Assembly (NCBI GenBank): GCA_973895155.1
Contig: OZ316895.1
Location: 11,973,929 to 12,037,928 of the forward strand
Length of the DNA stretch: 64,000 nucleotides
Direction of reading: 5' to 3'
From: Marsupella aquatica
Lineage: Eukaryota; Plantae; Marchantiophyta
Part shown: one piece after another, positions 56,583-64,000 of the stretch
How the letters are laid out: every line of letters starts with the position of its first letter
Numbering within the stretch: position 1 is the first letter of the stretch
The notes under the pieces: generated by a model
Databases searched by the model: none
The model's input: the letters and a program-made list of their open reading frames with translations, nothing else
Told to the model about the DNA's origin: nothing
Program-made: the position numbers and the translations under genes

Positions 56583-59500
56583 CTAATGGTCCACATCAAG
56601 GGTCAAAACTAGATCGGCAAGTGGGATTGGAACATCCTCTAGGGGAGCTAGCCGCTGCGGAGGCACACTAGCACCCACTGTAAGAGATCGATGATAGATG
56701 GCCCGAGCTTGAGCACGCTGTAAGGTGACTGAAATGCGTTGGCGAAAGTGCGTGGTCAAAACAGATAGCGGGGGTCCGGTGGGACCCATTCGGCCATGAA
56801 CATCCCGGGCAGCTTGCCGAAGAAGCCCATCAAACTGAGGATGAAGACGCCCGAAGAGCTCCAGAGCAAGGGGGAGGAAGCTGTCGGATGAAGCTCGTGC
56901 AGCATATTTGGCCTCCTTCATTGTTGCCGCACGTGACGCTGCTGCCCCTGCTGTTGTTGCCGCTGTCCCAAGGATGTCTTGGCGCAATGGGTTTGCCACC
57001 ACTACATCTGCCAAAGTACGTTGACCCTCACAGACCATAGTAAGATCCACCCGTAACCGCTGGGATGGAGGACCAGGTAACTCGAGTACCACCTCCCGCC
57101 GCACGCATACCAAAGAGCCAGAGAGAACCTGAGCAGTCGCATCGCGCACCACGTCGTGAACAGTAATGGTTTCACCTCCCAAACTGCACCGAAGAAGATG
57201 GACACCTGTGGCATCACAAGGCTTCCCACAAGTGCAAGAAGGAGGTAAACCTGCAAGAAGTGGGTGGGGCAGCCCCATACGAAGACGCATGGCTGTGGAG
57301 AACTCCGCTGAAGACATCCGCAAATGAGGAATGATTGGATTGGCCTGAAGCCATCCTCCTGCGCCCTTCCCTCCGGAAGAAAGAATCCAAGCTCGGTCTG
57401 TGTCAGGTGCCTCGGAGAGGATGCTAGAAAGGGTGAAAGCGTGCATACGCCCAGCGAGGTCTGCCTGAAGACGGACGGGATCCAAGGATAAAAACTCCTG
57501 AAAAGAAGGTAACACAGCGCGAACGGGATCTGGTAATGATGACCGCGCCGCGCGCAAATGAACTTGAAACGGGAGGGAACCCTCCTCTACCTCCATGAGA
57601 GATGAAAGTAAAAAAGGGCGATCCTCAGTAAGGAAACGATCGGCCAACAATGAGAAGGCGGCCGCCCACGCACCCAAAAAGGCCAAAGGTGCAAGGCTCT
57701 CAATGGAAGTAAGACCAAAACCACCCTGCGAAATAGGAAGACCGAGTTGTCGATGAAGCCACAGAGATGAGAGCAACGTACCCGGCCCTAAAAGAGAGGC
57801 CAGAGTCTCACGAATGGAGACATCAAATGCTCGAAGGTGGAGACAAAGATCCTCGGTAGGGGGATGTGTCCGAGCCAGATAAGATGCACGAGGGTGGATG
57901 CACCTCAACAACATCCCAAATGCTGCCTGATAATCTGCTAACTTAGGGAGCATAGGAGTAGGGGCTAAGGCGGCCTGTAGAGCGTCAGCGATGAAAGATG
58001 AGCAAAAAGAGGCGGTACCGACTGGAGAGCCAAGGACCCGAAGACCATTGGCTGGACGTAAGAACCTTGGAGGAAGCGCAAGATCAGAGGGTAACCCAGC
58101 TGGACTCCATGCACGACTCTTCACAGGCTGAATCCGTAAACCGAGGCCCATCAAATGGGTGGAAAGAGTGGCGAGGGCAGAAGTAACCGCGGTAGGAGGA
58201 CCAATGATGTGGGTGTCATCTGAAAGGGAGGGAAAGATACACTGGGGGTGGGCCATGGCGGCTTCCCGTAAAGCTGTAAAATGGGCAATGGCAAAAAGAG
58301 GCCCACCCAAAGGGTCACCCTGACGTGTACCTTCTGCAGAAGAAAGAGTGGTATACACTCCGGTAGAGGAGTGATGACTATAGAAGAGTGGGGCCTCGAG
58401 TCCATAAAAACAACGGACAAAGGGGATCAGGGACTGGATGTCTGGATCCGCTGCTCTCAAAGCACGAAAAATGGCTGCCCGAGAAACCGTATTAAAAGCG
58501 TTAGAGACATCAACCTGGAGGACAACCCAATCAGGGTGGAGGTCCAAGGTAGCTCGAATACCCGCAATAACTGTCTCACAACCGCCAGGAACGCCCATTG
58601 CAAACTGATGTGGAGAGAGATGATCCGATAGTGCAGAGCGAAACTGCGAGGAAAGTGTGCGAGACACCAAACGAAGAAAAACCTCCCCAATAGCAATTGG
58701 CCGAACACCCGGTGAAGACTTAGCCAAGGCCAATAAACGAGAAGCACTCAAGAGCCGAGAGACGGGAGGAGGCAAACGACCGGCCGCAATACATTGGCAA
58801 AAGGAGAAGAAAACTGGAAAACCAGACTGAGGATCCTCAGGGGGGAATAAATCACGAAAATGCTCAAAGACATAGCCGGAGGGGCCACCAGCAGCGCAAC
58901 GAGGGGCATGGAGGAAGGCATAGGTGAAGTGGTCCCTACTAAACTGAAGATCCTCCTCAGGCTCAAAATCCTCTACGAACAAAGGGAGCTGATCATGGGG
59001 CTGCGGATGGAGATCCTGAAGGGCCGTCGAGGTGGCCTCACCAGGGGGGCTAGTGTGGTGGGAGAAAGGGCCTGGACAGCCCGACGATATTCACCAGCCT
59101 GGGCTAAACGACAAGACCGACGAAGACGTCTATGCTCAGGAGGATGAGAGTGGCGAGCTGGGTCAGACAAAGCGCGGGCGGTAAAAGACCGGGCGCGAAG
59201 AAAGTACTCTTCCTGAAGCTGCGCCCAATCTCCCCGCAAAAAATGATGGATACGAGAAGCAGTCTCACGGTGACCCACACGACCACCATGACTAGGGAGG
59301 GTAAGAGTCCACTGTGGAAAAAGCATCAGTAAAGACCAGTAGGAGACCTTCATAGGATGCGCCAAGATAAGCTGCATGAGCTGCAACAAGGAGGACCGAA
59401 CTAAAGGGCGCAACGCCAGAGGAATGTGGTTATAAAGGCGAGGTCTAATGTACCCTGGATGATAGGCTGGAAGGGGGTCTAGAGTGCGAACCCAACTCCA

Positions 59501-59839
59501 TGCTTGCTCGGGAGGCTCCAAGGAGGGAGGGGCAGAGCTAACAGGGTCAATAGGGGGCTGGGGCTGGGATTGTGCTTGCTGGCGACGATGGCACCGCCCC
59601 CGCCCGCGATGATGAGGGAGGGAGATGCCCACCCATCCACAGTCATGACAAGTATGCAGGGGACGCTCGTCCGGGGAGGAAGCAGGGAAAGACTGGACAA
59701 GAGGTGGGGGTGGAACAAATGTGGACGAGGAGGCCGGAGGAGGATGGTAAATGGGTGGAGGGGGAATGGGGTGGGGAGAGGAGCCAGGGTGACGATTGGG
59801 TGGGCAGTAGACTGGGGGGACTGGCAGAGCATCGGGCAT
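56583..59839 (-). pseudogene. ZnF-RT-CCHC-RLE polyprotein of the CRE-like element (~1085 aa if one 1-nt frameshift is corrected)
   Basis: N-terminal Pro-rich region and CHDC..H..C finger, then LQDLHP, GGPSG, RLLALAK, VRPIAIGEVFLRLVSR, QFAMGVPGGCE, QVDVSNAFNTVSR, GTRQGDPLGGPLF, LSDD, GLRVLGSPVG, LPISQGGFGL, WLQANP, CTCGKPCDATGVHLLRC, HDVVRD, RVDL, DVVV, KEAKY and FLPLALELFG. There is no APE endonuclease domain. The frameshift lies in the G6 run at 59044-59049. Confidence 0.9.
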
Positions 59840-60194
59840 GGGGTCATCACGAAGATGAGAGAGATCCAGTGAAGAAGAGCAAACACGAAGACGACCACGA
59901 GGGGGGGGGGGAGGACGGGGAAGAAGTGGGTGGTGGGGCTGGGCGCTTGCCCCGCGCCAACACTCTCAACGCAGACATGACGAGCGATCAAGAAGCGACA
60001 AAAGGCCCAACCAAGGCATGTGAAAAGAAAGGGGAGGCGATGGAGAGAGCCCACCACATTAGGTCGACAAACGGCACCAACCGCCAGCCTAGGAAACCGT
60101 TGAGTAGATGCACGCACAGTAAGGAGCAAAGTTGAAGCACTCGTCGATGTGTCTGTTGGGGAGTCGACACGAGTGAATATCCATCTGCTGAATA

Positions 60195-61724
60195 TCCAAG
60201 TAAAACTGAGGGAGATATGGTCCCAAAACTGTCACGAAAAAGCACCCTGCTGAAACCGAAGAAGAAAGTCGAAAACAAATCCGAAGAGAACCGTGGTGAA
60301 ACTTGACTGTTTGGGCTGATGTTGGGAGCGATTTGAAGCGCCTCGAGAAAAGCTTTCCGAATCAGTTGACAGATCCGGATTCCGAGTAAAACTGAGGGAG
60401 ATATGGTCCCAAAACTGTCACGAAAAAGCACCCTGCTGAAACCGAAGAAGAAAGTCGAAAACAAATCCGAAGAGAACCGTGGTGAAACTCAACCGTTTGG
60501 GCTGATGTTGGGAGCGATTTGAAGCGCCTCGAGAAAAGCTTTCCGAATTAGTTGACAGATCCGGATTCCGAGTAAAACTGAGGGAGATATGGTCCCGAAA
60601 CTGTCACGAAAAAGCACCCTGCCGAAACCGAAGAAGAAAGTCGAAATCAAATCCGATGAGAACTGTGTCGAAACTCAACCGTTTGGGCTGATCTTGGGGT
60701 CAATTTGAAGCGCTTCGAGAAGAGCTTTCTGAATCAGTTGACAGATCCAGATTCCGAGTAAAACTAAGGGAGATATGGGCCCGAAACTGGCCCGAAAAAA
60801 ACACCCTACCGAAACTGAAGAAGAGAGTCGAAATCAAATCCGAGGAGAACTGTGGCGAAACTCAACCGTTTGGGCTAATCTTGGGGTTGAGTTGAAGCGC
60901 CTCGAGAAGAGCTGTCCGAATCAGTTGACAAATCCAGATTCCAAGAAAAACTGAGGGAGATATGGCCCCGAAAGTGTCACGAAAAATCACCCTGCCGAAA
61001 TCGAAGAAGAAAGTCGAAATCAAATCCAAGGAGAACTGTGGCGAAACTTGACCGTTTGGGCTGATCTTGGGGTCGATTGGAAGCGCCTCGAGAAGAGCTT
61101 TCCGAATCAGTTGACAGATCCAGATTCCGAGAAAAACTGAGGGAGATATGGCCCCGAAAGTGTCACGAAAAATCACCTTGCCGAAATCGAAGAAGAGAGT
61201 CGAAATCAAATCCGAGGAGAACTGCGGCGAAACTTGACCGTTTGGGCTGATCTTGGGGTCGATTTGAAGCGCCTCGAGAAGAGCTTTCCGAATCAGTTGA
61301 CAGATCCAGATTCCGAGAAAAACTGAGGGAGATATGTTCCCGAAACCGTCACGAAAAAGCACCCTACCAAAACCGAAGAAGACAGTCGAAATCAAATCCG
61401 AGGAGAAATGTGGCGAAACTTGACCATTTGGGCTGATCTTGGGGTCGATTTGAAGTGCCTCGAGAAGAGCTTTCCGAATCAGGTGAAAGATCCAGATTCC
61501 GAGAAAAACTGAGGGAGATACGGTCTCGAAACCGTCACGAAAAATCACCTTGCCGAAACCGAAGAAGAAAGTCAAAATCAAATCTGAGGAGAACTGTGGC
61601 GAAACTTGACCGTTTGGGCTGATCTTGGGGTCGATTTGAAGCGCCTCGAGAAGAGCTTTCCGAATCAGTTGACAGATCCAGATTCCGAGAAAAACTGAGG
61701 GAGATATGGTCCCGAAACCGTCAC
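60195..61724. repeat. Tandem array of 186-bp monomers, ~8.2 copies
   Basis: The anchor AAACTGAGGGAGATA recurs with its C at 60206, 60392, 60578, 60764, 60951, 61137, 61323, 61509 and 61695 (spacing 186, once 187). Confidence 0.97.
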
Positions 61725-62120
61725 AAACTTTTGTTGGACAAAGGTTGTGGGGACGATGTGGCAGGAGAGGTTCATTGCTGGGTTTTCAAGATTTGCTAAA
61801 TTCTAAATGAGTTTCCCCAATGATCTACCAATATGTACATATAAAGATCTACATATTGGTAGATCTTTATATGTACTAGCCTCATAGAGAGTTTAGGAGA
61901 TGAGACAAAAGAAATCTTGCACATAAAAGGATTCCCCTTCATCTACTGGTGCTCCTTGTTATTTGTCTCCGCATTCACTTTCTGTTATGCCAACATTTAA
62001 AGTTAGGGACTAGAGTGGTTACTCTAGAAGATAGAAATAACTTTTGATCGGCGCTTTATCAATTATATTTATTTCTTGCTTTGTTGTAGATTTCTGGTTT
62101 TTGTATTTGAACCAATTGAG

Positions 62121-62258
62121 TATTGCTCTTAGTCTTGTGACTCTAAAGTTAACCATGGTTAGACTAACTCAGGTTAGAATTTAGCTAAGGTTAGCAGTGA
62201 TACATGCTATATATAACCAGGGCTGATGCCAGCCCCTGGTGGATCTTCAGTTCATTGT
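62121..62258 (+). mobile_element. Truncated, diverged fragment of the copia-family LTR
   Basis: TATTGCTCTTAGTCTTGTGACTC...GGTTAG...CCAGGGCTGATGCCAGCCCCTGGTGGA matches the first ~145 bp of the LTR with many substitutions; no termini or TSD. Confidence 0.8.
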
Positions 62259-64000
62259 GGGAGTAAAACACTTAAGATCTATGAGATATTGTCACTAATT
62301 TTAGAACATTAATTAATAAACCCAAGGCACAGTTTTGTTTATGTTAATTGATTTGGGCATTGGGTGACACTATATTGGACCACTAAATTGCCCTGGGCAC
62401 TCCATTTGAGTTGAGAAGACTACTTTCTCCAGATCAATTGAGAAAGCTTTTCTCAACAAGGACTCGGGGGTCTCACTATATGGGGACCTCCCCATCACCT
62501 ACGACGGTTTTAGGCCTCAGACCCCCTAAAATATAAGAATTTTTAAATATATTTTTAACCCCTATAAAGTTGGAATATTCTTAGACCCTAAACCCTAAAC
62601 AACCCTTAGAATATTCCAAAAATTGGATTGAAAAGACCCTAATGTTCTTATAAATCTCAAAATTAAATTTAAAAGACTCTATTGTTCTTCTACAAAAATT
62701 CTTAAGTCTTCCCTTAGAACCAATAAAATGACCCTATCTTTCGTCACACGTGATATGTCATTTTTGTGGAAGTGGAACCCCCGAGAACAAGGAACCCTAA
62801 GCTTTCTAGTAGCTGAGTCCTCTTTGTAGAATATTTGTTGCCCAATTTGTCAATGTACTTTCAAATAACTGGAAATTCTGGAGATTTCACTAAAGTCTGA
62901 CTTTGGCAAGTTTTGAGTTAGAGGCTAATAGCCTCGATCATGACCTTGATGCAACTATTCACCAAATGGAGAAGGGCAACACTTAAGCTTTCAGAAGAGA
63001 GAAGTCTGATTAATTAGGAAGGGAAGCTGGTAGCCATGCTATGCTGGACAAATATGATAGATTTTACAGCTTGCATAGTTTAGATTAGATTTTCTCACAA
63101 AATCATTGTGGACCCATTCAACCATGGCCTGAGCAATTTGACATTTTTTTAACTGTCACAGGAATGTTTTGCTTTCCAGGCCAAAGTCGACAGCATGGTT
63201 ATCACAAGCACTTGTCAGAATCAGGTTTTTTTGCTACATGCAACCAAATTCTCAAGCTAAGAGAGTCAATAGTCAATCCGCGGCAAGTCCATTTGAAACC
63301 AGATCAATGTCAGTTTGATCACATGAATTGTATCAATTCATTGAGTTCAAGTTCCAACCACGGGTCCGACCATAACTGGCAGTTTGCCTGAAGTGCAAAA
63401 GGCTGAAAATCTGACTCCATGTGCCAATTACCCTTTAACAAGGAAGTTATCAAGTTAGTTATTAGTCATTGTTTATTATATAATAATACTTTTTAAATCT
63501 TTGAATGTAGTTTTTAAAACTGGATATGTAACTAAAATAGTTACATAGTGACAGTTTTACCCGTCTTGCTCTTTGCATTTCTAAATTTTTATATTTCCTT
63601 TTACGGCGTGGCGTCCCAAAATTTACACCCAAGTTGACGCAAACATGAATGAACACTCTAAATTTGATTAACAAAACCAACAAGTCTTGTTTGTTGTGGT
63701 TGTTGTTGATGTGACACACTCTGGTGCCAGAAATTTTAGAAGGGACCTCTCATGAGGTCAATAAATAATCATACCTACATTCTAAGTGCTCATAAAAATG
63801 GTCATGTTTACTTTTGGATGGCATATTTACATTACATATAAAAGTAAATAAGAGCTCCTTATCCATCACAAAGTTTATTCTCAAATCACTTGACATTGCT
63901 TGCACAGGAAAACATGTATGGGGAAATAATGAACGGAGAATAGCATAAAATATTTATTTTTTCAAGAGGATTTTTTTTTTTGTCTTCATGGGTGTTTGAC

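Larger units (their letters stand above)
56354..61724 (-). mobile_element. Non-LTR retrotransposon with restriction-like endonuclease (CRE-clade-like), including a probable 5' tandem-monomer region
   Basis: RT plus C-terminal zinc knuckle and RLE ORF. T-rich ~230-nt 3' UTR ending in a short A5 tract at 56358-56354. 186-bp tandem array directly upstream of the ORF. Boundaries are approximate. Confidence 0.8.

Noticed and set aside
59988-61581. Minus-strand 239-aa and 158-aa ORFs made of 62-aa repeats
   Set aside because: They are a by-product of a 186-bp (3x62) unit on an A-poor strand. They have non-ATG starts, differences between units are largely amino-acid changing, and a 187-bp unit breaks the frame, so there is no sign of coding selection.
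60195-61724. Array as a CRISPR locus or rRNA/5S/tRNA array
   Set aside because: Whole units are repeated with no unique spacers, there are no cas genes, and I recognise no structural RNA sequence.

Overview
Eukaryotic, intron-rich land-plant DNA; a non-seed plant such as a bryophyte is my guess from gene architecture and sequence divergence, not established. There are five host genes: the 3' end of a YIP1-family (YIP4-like) gene (+), then on the minus strand a class III peroxidase, allantoinase, a UPL7-like HECT E3 ligase and an LPEAT1-like acyltransferase. Transposons fill the gaps. One Ty1/copia family is present as two full-length LTR-to-LTR copies with TSDs (18923-25739, 39602-45541), one solo LTR with TSD (37684-38027) and a diverged LTR fragment (~62121-62258), alongside several small TIR/MITE-like elements. 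The most unusual object is at ~56354-61724 (minus): an almost intact non-LTR retrotransposon with reverse transcriptase and restriction-like endonuclease, most similar to the CRE clade. Its single ~1085-aa ORF is broken only by a 1-nt homopolymer indel, and its 5' side carries about 8.2 tandem 186-bp monomers. Both copia copies also share an in-frame TGA exactly at the gag/pol junction and an RNase H Asp-to-Asn substitution. All coordinates and identities were read by eye; no database search was run.
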